DNA of 63,859 bases, counting the filler, from Octopus bimaculoides (taxonomy: Eukaryota): assembly GCF_001194135.2 (NCBI RefSeq). It is 6 parts of 6 records of this genome, joined end to end, with 100 filler letters (N's around TTAATTAATTAA, not from the genome) between each part and the next. Parts side by side here need not be neighbours in the genome. Positions count along the whole stretch, not along the records: positions 46,610 to 55,970 come from NC_068996.1; positions 56,071 to 63,859 come from NC_068981.1; 4 more parts are not named here. One strand, written 5' to 3'. Both the position numbers and the translations under genes were made by a program. Of the stretch, positions 51,055 to 63,859 are shown piece by piece. The first letter of the stretch is position 1; each line of letters opens with the position of its first letter. The notes below the pieces were generated by a model that saw only the letters and a list, made by a program, of their open reading frames with translations, was not told where the DNA came from and searched no databases.

Positions 51055-51818
51055 TGCATATATATATATATATATATATATATANNNNNNNNNNNNNNNN
51101 NNNNNNNNNNNNNNNNNNNNNNNNNNNNNNNNNNNNNNNNNNNNNNNNNNNNNNNNNNNNNNNNNNNNNNNNNNNNNNNNNNNNNNNNNNNNNNNNNNNN
51201 NNNNNNNNNNNNNNNNNNNNNNNNNNNNNNNNNNNNNNNNNNNNNNNNNNNNNNNNNNNNNNNNNNNNNNNNNNNNNNNNNNNNNNNNNNNNNNNNNNNN
51301 NNNNNNNNNNNNNNNNNNNNNNNNNNNNNNNNNNNNNNNNNNNNNNNNNNNNNNNNNNNNNNNNNNNNNNNNNNNNNNNNNNNNNNNNNNNNNNNNNNNN
51401 NNNNNNNNNNNNNNNNNNNNNNNNNNNNNNNNNNNNNNNNNNNNNNNNNNNNNNNNNNNNNNNNNNNNNNNNNNNNNNNNNNNNNNNNNNNNNNNNNNNN
51501 NNNNNNNNNNNNNNNNNNNNNNNNNNNNNNNNNNNNNNNNNNNNNNNNNNNNNNNNNNNNNNNNNNNNNNNNNNNNNNNNNNNNNNNNNNNNNNNNNNNN
51601 NNNNNNNNNNNNNNNNNNNNNNNNNNNNNNNNNNNNNNNNNNNNNNNNNNNNNNNNNNNNNNNNNNNNNNNNNNNNNNNCTTCTTTATGAAGACCAGTGG
51701 GCAGAAAGAAAGAACCCCTTTCGTCATGTGTCAGCGACGAGAGAGTCAAGGAGGAAGAGGAGGAGTGAGAGAGGGGGAGAGAGAGAGAGAGAGAGATAGG
51801 GGGGGAGAGAGAGAGAGA

Positions 51819-51858
<40 letters not shown>

Positions 51859-52796
51859 AAACGGAACGGTGAAAGGGAGAGAAGAATAAGGAAAGGGTGG
51901 GAGAGAAAAACAGAAAGGATGAAGAACAAGAGAGGGAGTTAGATAGTAGAAGAGTGCGCATTGTAATTATTAAGATAAAACTTACTTGGAAAAGGATGCG
52001 TGGCGTTCGATCATATAATAATATAATAATATATAGATTTATGCATATATCCATACATATATGTACAGTTGGGTTATAGATTAAAATAACCGTCTAAGGG
52101 ATAAAAAGTATCCATTATACTACTGTTATATTACCTGTATTTAAACATGGGCAAAAATGTTATGCTCATAGATTATAGGCAAAGACAAGGATAAACAGGA
52201 GTTTATCAGGAATGAAAATTTAAAGAAGAAAACAAAATTGGAGATAACATTAACGAAAAACAATTGATTTACATCAATTATTATTTATTAATTAATTACG
52301 AAAAAGACTGCATCCCATCTAACAGCTGTTTCTGCTTCCAATGTTGTTTGGTATCACCATCGTTATGCTAAAAGATGTTTATCATAGTTGGTAATAAAAC
52401 CGATTTGAACCATGGAGAATTATCAGAGTGGAAAATAAATAAATAAATAAATAAAAAGAAGAAGAAACAAGAAAAGAAGAAGGCAAGGTTGAATATGGTG
52501 AGAGTCGTGTCATGTTGCGTGTAGAACCATTGGACGATATGTAAATGACCAAAATTTAAAACAAAAGGGCATTTGGTGGGGTATTCCTATGTACGAAGGG
52601 GGCATAGGTTAGAAAAGTAATAGCTATTTATGCAAATAGGATAGGTCAAAGGAGGAGTAAAAATACTATAAAGTGTTAGTAATAATAATTATGTTTATAT
52701 TAAGTAATAGTATTTATCATAATAAATTGCTTATCGATTTAATATAATTCTTCACTTGCTACTAGTAGGCATTTCAGTCAATCCACCTATTGTCCA

Positions 52797-53181
52797 TGGA
52801 GGCGCAATGACCCAGCGGTTAGGGCAGCGGACTCGCGGTCATAGGATCGCGGTTTCGATTCCCAGACCGGGCGTTGTGAGTGTTTATTGAGCGAAAACAC
52901 CTAAAGCTCCACAAGGCTCCGGCAGGGGATGGTGACGAACCCTGCTGTACTCTTCCACCACAACTTTCTCTCACTCTTACTTCCTGTTTCTGCTGTGCCT
53001 GTAATTCAAAGGGTCAGCCTTGTCACACTGTGTCATGCTGAATATCCTCGAGAACTACGTTAAGGGTACACGTGTCTGTGGAGTGCTCAGCCACTTGCAC
53101 GTTAATTTCACGAGCAGGCTGTTCCGTTGATCGGATCAACTGGGAAACCTCGACGTCGTAAGCGACGGAGTGCCAACGGCA
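52797..53181 (+). mobile_element. Full-length SINE family A with a 12-bp TSD
   Basis: TSD ACCTATTGTCCA at 52785-52796 and 53182-53193; close match to the 32215 copy. Confidence 0.95.
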
Positions 53182-53507
53182 ACCTATTGTCCAAAGTAGA
53201 TACACCAGGTGCCACCGTCGGATATAATTGGTCAGTTAGTATTTAAAAATAAAAGACTGGCTATTAATAAACCGTTATTCTTCGAGGTAAAATAAATGAA
53301 TGATATATGCTATAAGGGGCCCGAAGCCGCTTAAGTCAATATAAAATAAAAATATAGAAATATAAAATAAAATATATATTTGTATGCATACATACATGTA
53401 TGTAGATAAATACGCATGTATAAAAGCTGTAGAATCTTCGTTTCCGAACGACTCTGATAACGAATAAATCGTACTTTATTTCCTGTCTTTCTCCCATTCA
53501 TTTAATA

Positions 53508-53623
53508 CAGCAGTACCTCTGTTTACGAACGTCTCTGATAACGAATAAATCCTACCTTATATATATCTATATCTATCTCTCTCTATATAAAGCACGATTT
53601 ATTCGCGAACCGAGGTACTACTG
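53508..53623. mobile_element. Tigger/pogo-like MITE
   Basis: TA|CAGCAGTACCTC..GAGGTACTACTG|TA. Confidence 0.85.
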
Positions 53624-53779
53624 TATATGTATATGTGCATAAATTTATTTGCACTTAAATGTTCTGTAATTTTGCAGTATCTTAGCTTCCAAAACCTCTT
53701 TCAATCTATAGTATATTACATTAAATGAGTAGTATCTTGTGAATCTGTAATAAACTATATTAAACGAGGTCGTATCGTC

Positions 53780-54120
53780 TTGTGGATCTATAATAAAGAA
53801 CCGCAAAACCCTACGCATATAGTACATAAGAGCATGTTAGAATATTGGCGAGGTAAATAAGCAGGTGTCCAATATCCAAGAGAACACTTCAAGAGTGGAG
53901 AAGGGTCTCGAGGAAAGGGAAGAGTATTATATTCAGCAATTTTTACCATCTTTGATTCGTTCGCATCTGTGTAATTCCTTCCGGAGACTGACACTGTATA
54001 TCGTCTTTGCCGCGATAACTTATCTTTATAAGCCTATAAGTAGTTCGTTGACATTTCAGGACAGCTGCTGCTGATATTTCTTATATCATCGACGCTTAGT
54101 TTGGCACCTCTGACATTTTC
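53780..54120 (+). pseudogene. Possible Penelope-like endonuclease C-terminal remnant
   Basis: LEEREEYYIQQFLPSLI resembles the PLE terminal R..KE..FI..F.P.LN motif. Confidence 0.4.
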
Positions 54121-56070
54121 CATATACAATACATATGCTCCTATACAAATAAGTATACACAAACACAAATACATGCGCATATATATATATATATATATAT
54201 ANNNNNNNNNNNNNNNNNNNNNNNNNNNNNNNNNNNNNNNNNNNNNNNNNNNNNNNNNNNNNNNNNNNNNNNNNNNNNNNNNNNNNNNNNNNNNNNNNNN
54301 NNNNNNNNNNNNNNNNNNNNNNNNNNNNNNNNNNNNNNNNNNNNNNNNNNNNNNNNNNNNNNNNNNNNNNNNNNNNNNNNNNNNNNNNNNNNNNNNNNNN
54401 NNNNNNNNNNNNNNNNNNNNNNNNNNNNNNNNNNNNNNNNNNNNNNNNNNNNNNNNNNNNNNNNNNNNNNNNNNNNNNNNNNNNNNNNNNNNNNNNNNNN
54501 NNNNNNNNNNNNNNNNNNNNNNNNNNNNNNNNNNNNNNNNNNNNNNNNNNNNNNNNNNNNNNNNNNNNNNNNNNNNNNNNNNNNNNNNNNNNNNNNNNNN
54601 NNNNNNNNNNNNNNNNNNNNNNNNNNNNNNNNNNNNNNNNNNNNNNNNNNNNNNNNNNNNNNNNNNNNNNNNNNNNNNNNNNNNNNNNNNNNNNNNNNNN
54701 NNNNNNNNNNNNNNNNNNNNNNNNNNNNNNNNNNNNNNNNNNNNNNNNNNNNNNNNNNNNNNNNNNNNNNNNNNNNNNNNNNNNNNNNNNNNNNNNNNNN
54801 NNNNNNNNNNNNNNNNNNNNNNNNNNNNNNNNNNNNNNNNNNNNNNNNNNNNNNNNNNNNNNNNNNNNNNNNNNNNNNNNNNNNNNNNNNNNNNNNNNNN
54901 NNNNNNNNNNNNNNNNNNNNNNNNNNNNNNNNNNNNNNNNNNNNNNNNNNNNNNNNNNNNNNNNNNNNNNNNNNNNNNNNNNNNNNNNNNNNNNNNNNNN
55001 NNNNNNNNNNNNNNNNNNNNNNNNNNNNNNNNNNNNNNNNNNNNNNNNNNNNNNNNNNNNNNNNNNNNNNNATATATATATACACATACATACATACATG
55101 CATAGATACATGCATGCCATGCATACATACATACATACATGCACACACTCACACACTCACGCGCACACACATACACGCACAACGCACACACATTCACAAG
55201 CACGCTTAAGCGGAATGACACATGTAAATCAAGTTCAGACATTAAAATAAACATTCCTTAGGCGCAGGCGTGGTTGTGTGGTAAGAAGCTTGCTTCCCTG
55301 ACAGGAGAGCATCACTTCCGGTAAGGTCGTGTTTGGACATATTCTGTTCGTTACCCGGTAAGAGTTTTCTTGCAGTCATTATTGTTGTACTTGTTGAATT
55401 TGCGGTTGAATTATCTGTTGGAAAGTGCTGGAAAATTCGTTGGACTTTGTACTTCCCGGTTTATCGGGGAGTAATTATTGAACTGTTACATTTTTTGGCC
55501 ACTGAGGCATTTCTCTTATCTGTGAAAATTTTTGTACAAACTGTTAATAGTCGTTTTAGACTATCCTTTGTGTCCCTCCCCGCAGCGGGGGCGGGATTTG
55601 AACCTTCTGTGTCCTTGCGGAGAGGAGAACAATTCGTTTAAAATTTAATAATAATAATAATATTGTATAGGTCTCCCATTTGTAAAGGGAAAATGCCTGT
55701 TGAAATTGTTAACGGAAAACAGCCACTCATTGAGAAGCAGAAAGAGGAAAATAACATGACAAAAAAGTTTGCAGCGGTTGCCGAAGTGGCAACCGAAAAC
55801 ATTGAAATAAATATGGAAAAAATAGAACAACTTTTTTAAAGGACGAAACAGGAGGGTGGCGATGTAAGAATATCACCCTCCGCCGCTATAATTGATATCG
55901 AAAAGAGGTCAGTAACATTCAAAACATACTGTCCTAAGGACAAGAAGTTTAAGCACTTCGAGAAGGACACNNNNNNNNNNNNNNNNNNNNNNNNNNNNNN
56001 NNNNNNNNNNNNNNTTAATTAATTAANNNNNNNNNNNNNNNNNNNNNNNNNNNNNNNNNNNNNNNNNNNN

Positions 56071-56400
56071 AAATACAAAGACCTGGAAATAGAGATAACT
56101 CGAATGTGGAGTCTAAAAACAGAAACAATTCCTATCATAGTAGGTGCCTTAGGTATAATAAAAAAATACTCAGACAAATACATAACAAAAATACCAGGAC
56201 TTACAAATATATGTAACATACAGAAAATTGCACTACTGGGTACTGCACACATTCTACGCAAAACACTTTCAATACAGTAAACATAAAAGCACCACAGCAA
56301 ACCACAGCACATACCCAAGGCGCACAGAGCTGCGCTCGGTAGTGAAGTGAAAGCACGTTATAAAAATAAAACTACTGAACAATAATAATAATAATAATAT
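56071..56400 (+). mobile_element. R4/Dong-clade LINE 3' end (restriction-like endonuclease C-terminus, 3'UTR, (AAT)n tail)
   Basis: KYKDLEIEITRMWSLKTETIPIIVGALGIIKK..IQKIALLGTAHILRKTLSIQ* with no internal stop, followed by (AAT)n. Confidence 0.85.
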
Positions 56401-56574
56401 AATCACCCACGTATTAACTGCTTGAATTTTATTCCATCTTGTCAATTTTGGTGTTGCGCTCAAAATTGACTGGATGGAATAAAATCCAAGCAGTTAACAG
56501 GTGGGCGATAGCATCACTTCAGCGTGGAGCAAGCATTATAAAATGGCAAAAGAGAGAAATGAAAAAAATGTAGA

Positions 56575-57300
56575 CAGTACACGGAACCTTCCACCCTAAC
56601 AGTGACATCAATAGGCTGTACCCCTTCAGAAGAAAGGGTGGGAGAGCTTTGATCAGTTGTATCAATTGTATCAGGACTGTATCGAAGCAGAGGAAGACTG
56701 CCTAGGGTGATATATAAAAAGTGCCGTAGAGCCACTATTGAAACACGAAGAAGAACGGAGACATCAAAACTGAGAATTGTGTAGCGAAAGAAAAAATTAA
56801 ACAAGAAATGAACAAAAAAAAAAGAAGAAAAAGCATGGAAAGAAAAACACTATACGTTCAGTTTGCAAGAGATGTGAACGCCAAGACGGATACAGAGGTC
56901 TGGTGGCTAAGGATGAGGAGGTGTGACCTGAAGCACTCATATGCACAGATCAGGAACAAGCGTTAAGGACCAGTCTTCAGTTGATTTGAAGACCGTCCTG
57001 GTATAAATATCGAGAACCCTCAAGTTGCTGAATACATACACACACAATACAAGGAGTGGTTGTGGAACATTCCCACCGAAACATCTGCCAATTATAAGCA
57101 GGACAGGATGCTTAATTTTATTGGGGTCAAAGAAGAAACAGTATATGCCGTTATAGAGGTCAGTTGTCCTGTTGCTGTGGTATATGTCTTTGAAAGTCAA
57201 AGAGAAAAAGGAAAACTATGGACAACAGCATCTAAGCCTCCAGTTTCTATATTTAGGTTATAAATTTACATTTATATCAATAATAATTGGTTTTGTAAGT
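56575..57300 (+). pseudogene. Older R4/Dong-like LINE remnant (post-RT to endonuclease)
   Basis: HGTFHPNSDINRLYPFRRKGGRALI, ALICTDQEQALRT, VIEVSCP; many lesions. Confidence 0.7.
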
Positions 57301-57546
57301 AAATGTCTAACTGACAATCTGGATAAGTTGGGATTTTTGAAAGAGAGAAATCAACCAACTAACTCCCATATTACAAATACGATCTGTAAGTGGAACAGTA
57401 GAAATATACAAGACCTTTCTCAAGTTTAAAATGTGACATTGTTTTTGTTATCTACGTTCCAACGATTGAGCTTTGTATCTTTGTTAGAAACCAGCTCCTT
57501 CCTGAGAGAAAGAATTTAAATAATTAAAAACTGAAGAAAATGTGCA

Positions 57547-57580
<34 letters not shown>

Positions 57581-57660
57581 GTATACATATATAGTATACA
57601 TATATATATATTTATAACATATATATATATATATATATATATAACATATATACGGCATAC

Positions 57661-57694
<34 letters not shown>

Positions 57695-57746
57695 CCTATA
57701 TACATATACATAACATATATACATATGTATATATACACACATATAT

Positions 57747-57795
<49 letters not shown>

Positions 57796-57989
57796 CATAT
57801 ATAGAGAGTGAGAGAAATAGACAGAGAAAGAGAGAGGGAGAGATAGACTGGGAGGGAGAGATAGACTGGGAGGGAGAGAGAGAGAGAGAGAGAGCAATTG
57901 TGAATTTAGTGACGGGAAATTGTATCATCTCCTTAGACTAAACAAGAGTAACAAAGCAGACCTAAACAATAACTGACAAGAGCAGCAGC

Positions 57990-58021
57990 ATCCTCCTTCT
58001 GCTCATCGTATTCATCACCAC

Positions 58022-58054
<33 letters not shown>

Positions 58055-58205
58055 ATCATCATCACCATCATTATCACCATCCTCATCAACATCATCTTTA
58101 TTTTCGTGATGACCATGATAATGATGATCATCATCAGAAGTTCAACCACCACTACTATCACCGCAGCCACTGCCATCACCTCCCCCAATCATCGTGATCA
58201 ACACA
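57990..58205. repeat. Degenerate (CAT)n array
   Basis: Directly visible. Confidence 0.9.
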
Positions 58206-58894
58206 ATCATCCAGAGCACTTAAGAATCCCTGCAGCTGATTGAAACGACGTCTGCTTCTGTAATGTTGAATCTAAAATGTGCTACATCCATCGAGGATAT
58301 CAAGAAAGTATTGTATACGCTTAAATTATGTACAATGGCTGTTTAAAATAACAATTACAAGTTATATATATATATATCTGCTTAAATTCTCTCTTCAAGT
58401 CTAGTAATGAATTTCCTCGTTAATTATTGGGGAATTACTAGCGAGTTAACCTTCTTTGATACCCGAAACTGTTTACAGTATTTAACAATCAAAAGCGAAG
58501 TTCGTTCTGTAACCAGATATCAATTGTGAACGGAAGAGATAAGCATCTTTCTCATTTCAATGTATCGCTAATCCGAATTTCGGCAGAATTCTTTCAAAAC
58601 TTACTAATTTGTAGGTCTTCAGATGTATTCAGAACCGGTTGGAAAGAACAATTCTGGATAGGGCTGATAGTATTCGTCCTTTCATTCAAACATATCGGAA
58701 TTAACATTAATCTATCGGATCAATGCTGATTATTTCAAATATAGTCGTTTCTTTATGACAACAACTTGGTATAACGTTAAGAATTGCCTTAAACCTCAGA
58801 ATTTCAGGACAAGAGCAACGATAACCTCTCTGCTCTGTAAACCGTATCAATGACTTTGCAGTTTGGTTAATTCATGCAAAAACAATGTATGGAG

Positions 58895-59132
58895 CGTGGT
58901 GATCACGACAGTGATAATGGTGATGGTTATGATGATGATGAGGACAATAATGATGGTGGTAATATGATAATGATGATGATGAAGATGATGACGATGATAA
59001 TGATGATACTGATAATGAAGTTGATAGTGAAGGGCATGATGATGATGATGATGGTGATGAGGATGATGGCAGTGATATTATGACAATGATAATGATAATG
59101 ATGATGAGGATGATGATGATTATGATTATAAT
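58895..59132. repeat. Degenerate (GAT)n array
   Basis: Directly visible. Confidence 0.9.
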
Positions 59133-59695
59133 GAAAAAGAGAAAGAATTTGAGAGAGGCACTGCAGCGATTGCTTGCTTTCTGCGACAACTAATTTCTTA
59201 CATAAACATTTGTAATCACTCGGACTTCAATCAAAGATGTCGATCGTCTGTAATTCTAAGAAGACAAAAAAAAAAAAAACAACACCAACTACAAAAACCC
59301 AACAGAAACTAAACAAAACAAAAATCATAAAGACAAACAAAAGCAAAGAAACAACTGATTAAGAAAAATATCATATACATGCCTACCAAGCAGATACTAG
59401 TTGAAAGCATTTGATAAATTCAGCAAACAAAACAAAGACTAAGAATATAAAAGAAATTGGAACAAAAAACATGACGACACTCGATTTAACGATATAAGCG
59501 TCTGAGAACAATAAATCAGTTTTATGGAGAGAAGTTAGAGCAATTACTTCGAGTTACCTACTCAGCATTTAACAGACGACATTAGAATAATCAGGAACAC
59601 AAAATACGCAAAACACAAACACACACCTACATACATACACATGCACAGATACACCTCCCCCATATGTATAGCTCTTTCGGTTGTGCTTTTAATTT

Positions 59696-59735
<40 letters not shown>

Positions 59736-59756
59736 AGTGTGTTTGTGTGTGTGTGT

Positions 59757-59800
<44 letters not shown>

Positions 59801-60040
59801 ATATATATGCATGTACGTATATATATATGTATATATATATATGTATTTATGTATGTATATGTATATGTGTATGTATATATATATACATACATATATATAT
59901 GTATATATGTATGCATATATATATATGTATATATGTATGCATATATATATATATGTATACACATGCACATATATATATATTTATATATATGTATATATGT
60001 ATATATATGTATGTATATGTATGTATGCATGTATGTATGC

Positions 60041-60095
<55 letters not shown>

Positions 60096-60519
60096 TGTAC
60101 ATACACACACACATGTATCGTATTACATTAAGAAGTGATGTACGGTACCAGAATTTTCGACTCGAGTCAAATATAACAAACTCCAAATCGTTGTTAGCGT
60201 ATCCCTATATACATAAATACATACATACATATTTTATATATATAAATACACACGCACATCCGCACGCACGCACACACATGCATATACATATACAGCCACA
60301 TAATCATACATAGAAAAGTTAAATAACAAATACATATATTTGATATACACTTCCTGTCAATGGATGGAGTAATTATTTGTCTATACTATTTGCGTTATAT
60401 TTAAAGCAAAACCTTCCCTTTTCAACTGGAAATAGAAAAATAAAGACAGATCTGAATTGTAATATTTAGTGGTAGAAGAAAATCGACAAGAGTTTTGGTT
60501 ATCCTTCATGGAAATTCTG

Positions 60520-60665
60520 AAGGCGCGCGGGCTAGCTGTTAGGGTGTTTGCAGTCACGATCACAAGCTCGTAGTTTCGATTTTCCCACCGGGTGATGCGT
60601 TGTATTCTTGAGCAAAGTACTTTATTTCACGTTGCTCCAGTCCAGTCAGCTGTAAATAAGTAACT
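60520..60665 (+). mobile_element. SINE family D head, degraded
   Basis: GGCGCGCGGGCTAGCTGTTAGGG..TTTCGATT..TTGAGCAAAGTACTTTATTTCACGTTGCTCCAGTCCA. Confidence 0.7.
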
Positions 60666-60719
60666 TTTTGACGAAATCGAGGGACATGTGAAATTATAGT
60701 GTCCTGTTGAAGTTGTACA

Positions 60720-61015
60720 TGATGAATCAACTCAGAAGCGCAAAATACCAATGGAACCGCTGCTAGTGCAACAGGGGTAGACATGGTCTATACAGGAGAC
60801 GGCACATCTGTGGACCAAATGCTGGAGAATGTTGGTGAAATCCCTTGTTAATTATTCGCGCTGAGCTTTCTCAGGATGTAATCTAGGATGTTTCTGCATG
60901 TAGCAGCAGTACTGTCCCAAACGGAAGATGGCGTTGCCTCTGCAGAATGCACAATAACCACTGTGAATATTAACTGAGCTTGGTAGAGAATAAATAATTG
61001 ATGAGATTTTAAGTA
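60720..61015 (-). pseudogene. Degraded L2/CR1-group LINE C-terminal remnant
   Basis: SSVWDSTAATCRNILDYI and QHLVHRCAVSC resemble YC..IW....LDRIQ and LAHRR.V motifs. Confidence 0.4.
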
Positions 61016-62636
61016 TTTCTTACTCTGAACAGGTAGGTCAGTCTTTGTGATGCAGTTTTATCTTTAACAGCAACATCCCTGTCTACACAGAAGATACTTC
61101 TCTTCACTTAACTTTATCTGCTGCATACATCTTCCACATGTAACTTAGATCATGTGACATTAAACGGCCATGCGCAATGAAAAACAACAAACTCTAATGG
61201 GAACATAGCGATCTTGTCCCTTTAAAAAAGCACGACGACAAGGTCACTGGGAATGTTAGGGAAATACTGTACTCCACCTTCTCTCGAGTAATAGCAAATA
61301 AAACTCTCAAAGTCACTACAAATGCTAAGCCGCATAATATCTTAGGCTCATCATTGGCCCGCCATTTAATATCACTAACATAGCAAAAACTGTGTCCCGA
61401 AGGTTAGCTTTGCTGTTCAGGTTCACCCAATAGTTTCTGACATACAATATATATACGTAATCCTTGAACAACCAACATATAGCTGGCCGTGAGAAATGCA
61501 GGGTTCCATGAGATGAAGCCCAGTTACTTAGGACATATTGATTAACATTGCGTAGCTCACTCTCACTGGAAATTTAAGTCTTTTGAACTTAAACGGAAGA
61601 TTAATATCCACAATGCAATATGTTCAAGGTAAGGACAGTGAAACTACTACTCACTTGCATCGTAAATCACACGCTAATTAAGAAACTAATTAGTAAAATC
61701 TCATGAATACAATACAATGTTCTATCCTTCCATGGTACTTTTTATATCGCTCCTACAACCATCTACAAGAGCGCTTGAATTACCAGACACCTCCACCTGA
61801 CTCATCCAATAGAGCCAATACTGTGTAACGCTTGCAGCACGCCATTCCGTTCTTCCCAGAGCGTCAAACAAATTGAATTTTCTTCGCAGCACACTTCTTT
61901 TCCTGCAAAGGTTGATTTACCAGTATTTAATCATTAAAACCTCATCGGCTTCAAGCGCGTTCTAGTACTGCAAGCGCTGGCCTTACCCCCTGACTGCTAT
62001 CGTCAACTACACCAATCTCACCAATCTCCAAGGCGTACTAAGATTACAAACACTGGCCTTATCTTCTGACTTCTCAGTTTCAAGGGCGTGGAAAGTACCG
62101 GAGTCAATTTGTTTGATTAAACCCGCGAAATCGGTGCCCCAGCATAGCCTATTTGAACATCTTGCTGCAGCAGGTTGTTTCGTATTTTGTTGTATATAGC
62201 AAACCAAATGGATAGAACCAACTGGAAGGGAATAAATTGTCAAGTAGTTCAAATTGGTAGATTGGTTCAGATCAACCAAGAAAAAGTGGTGAAAATATCA
62301 GTATGAATTTAATACTTGTGTAAATGAAGTAACTTTGTTATTCTAAATACGTGTATTCTTTCGTTAGTAGACAATAATAAGTTCACTAACGTAACGATTG
62401 TATTTTCATTGAAAATTTGTTTGAAGACATTGCATTGCCTTCACAGTGGTTTTATAAGCTTCTGCAATTTCAGTGTTGTTCGGAGGATAGGGAGGAAAGG
62501 AAATTTCAAAATCAATGTTTGAAACGGCGATGAAATTAATGAGAACCTTAAACAACAACAACAACGAAGACGACAACAACAGCAGCAACGACAATGACAA
62601 TACCAACCACAACGACCTCAAGAATTATTCTGTATG

Positions 62637-62697
<61 letters not shown>

Positions 62698-63362
62698 AAA
62701 ATATTAATGTAAAAGTATAATAAATCACTCTTAAGGTTAAAACTCTTAAATAACATCTGAGCTTGACAGCCTAAGTATTGCGAGTCTCATTATTCTTCAT
62801 CTTCTTTATTTTTATTGAATTCATTCTCAATAGAGTCCCGGATTAATCGTTTAGTGGTTTAGATTTGACAGATCAATGATATCACCTATGTAATACGTCA
62901 CACAATATATAAAGTTAATTCTACGTAAGGACTATTTCAGAACAAGGCCAGAAATATATTCTTATATTCTTATATTCTTATAGGGAATAAACTTACCTGT
63001 TCTCTTTTGTATATTACGTAATTAGTTTTTTTTAAAGATTTAGCCACACAGGGCAGAACCATTGCTCATGACTTTGGCACGCCCTCGTGACATTTCATTG
63101 TTATGGTCGGTGGAAGGGGCCAGTTCGTGTAATCTTACTACGCCTTCGAGATTGATGTGATTGATATGTTTGACAATCTGTCAGGAGGAGGGGCCAATAC
63201 TTAACGAACCGCTAGGTTACGGGGGTTGTAAACACAGCAACAGAGGTTGTCAAACGATGGTAGACGACAAACACACACACACACACACACAAAGACACAC
63301 AGATATACACACTCACATACATACAAACACTTTCACACAGGCATTCACACACACTCAAAAAT

Positions 63363-63542
63363 ATAGGCGCAGGCGCAGCTGTGATGTAAGGAGTTTGCGT
63401 GCAGACCACATGATTTCGAGTTCAGTCGCACTGCATGGCACCTTGGGCAGATGCCTTCGACTGCAGCTTCGGGCAGACCAAAGCTTTAAAGTTTTGTGAG
63501 TGTATTTGGTAGATAGAAAATGAAAGAAGCTCGTAGAGTATG

Positions 63543-63545
<3 letters not shown>
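63363..63545 (+). mobile_element. SINE family B head, degraded
   Basis: TAGGCGCAGG..GAGTTCAGTC..GGCACCTTGGGCAG..GAAAGAAGCTCGT. Confidence 0.75.
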
Positions 63546-63582
<37 letters not shown>

Positions 63583-63859
63583 AGTATATTTGCCACTTAA
63601 ATGTGGCTGACCCCGAGGGGTGGATGTTACTGTTGCTTTTAGCCCCAGGAGGACATCTCCTCCAGCTGGCTATCGACACACTTCTGTGTCCTGTCTGTAT
63701 TTACCAAGGGAAGTTATCCTTCCCATCTTGATCTACGATACGTACGTACTCGAGTTTCAGGGTTATTTCCCTTTTTCAGCGTACGACAATCACCGACCTT
63801 CGATGCAAAAGGCATCCCTTGGCAAATATATATAAGTTTTTACAGTGAAATTATTCACT

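Noticed and set aside
61100-62000. Possible degraded RTE reverse transcriptase
   Set aside because: Too decayed to recover convincing motifs by eye.

Overview
AT-rich, repeat-saturated eukaryotic DNA with many assembly gaps. The SINE families and dense (TA)/(CA)/(GATA) microsatellites suggest a cephalopod, probably Octopus; this is an inference, not verified. I find no intact host protein-coding gene, and almost all ORFs in the track are microsatellite or N-gap artefacts. The window is a transposon graveyard: several tRNA-derived SINE families, Penelope-like elements (RT + GIY-YIG), L1/Tx1-like, RTE, CR1 and R4/Dong LINE remnants, a Helitron derivative, and hAT and Tc1/mariner MITEs. Best candidates for follow-up: (1) a U6 snRNA retrocopy joined through its oligo-T end to an internal CR1-type RT fragment, with a foldback element at its 5' end; (2) an internally deleted L1/Tx1-like LINE keeping 5'UTR, ORF1, the ORF2 start, the ORF2 end and a tail, possibly a spliced retrocopy, lying head-to-tail behind a second ORF1-only element; (3) short repeats carrying minimal hammerhead-ribozyme-like motifs, two of which share a non-canonical U at core position 6; (4) a 576-bp composite insert bounded by a perfect 29-bp direct repeat. 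All protein and family assignments are by eye, without database searches.
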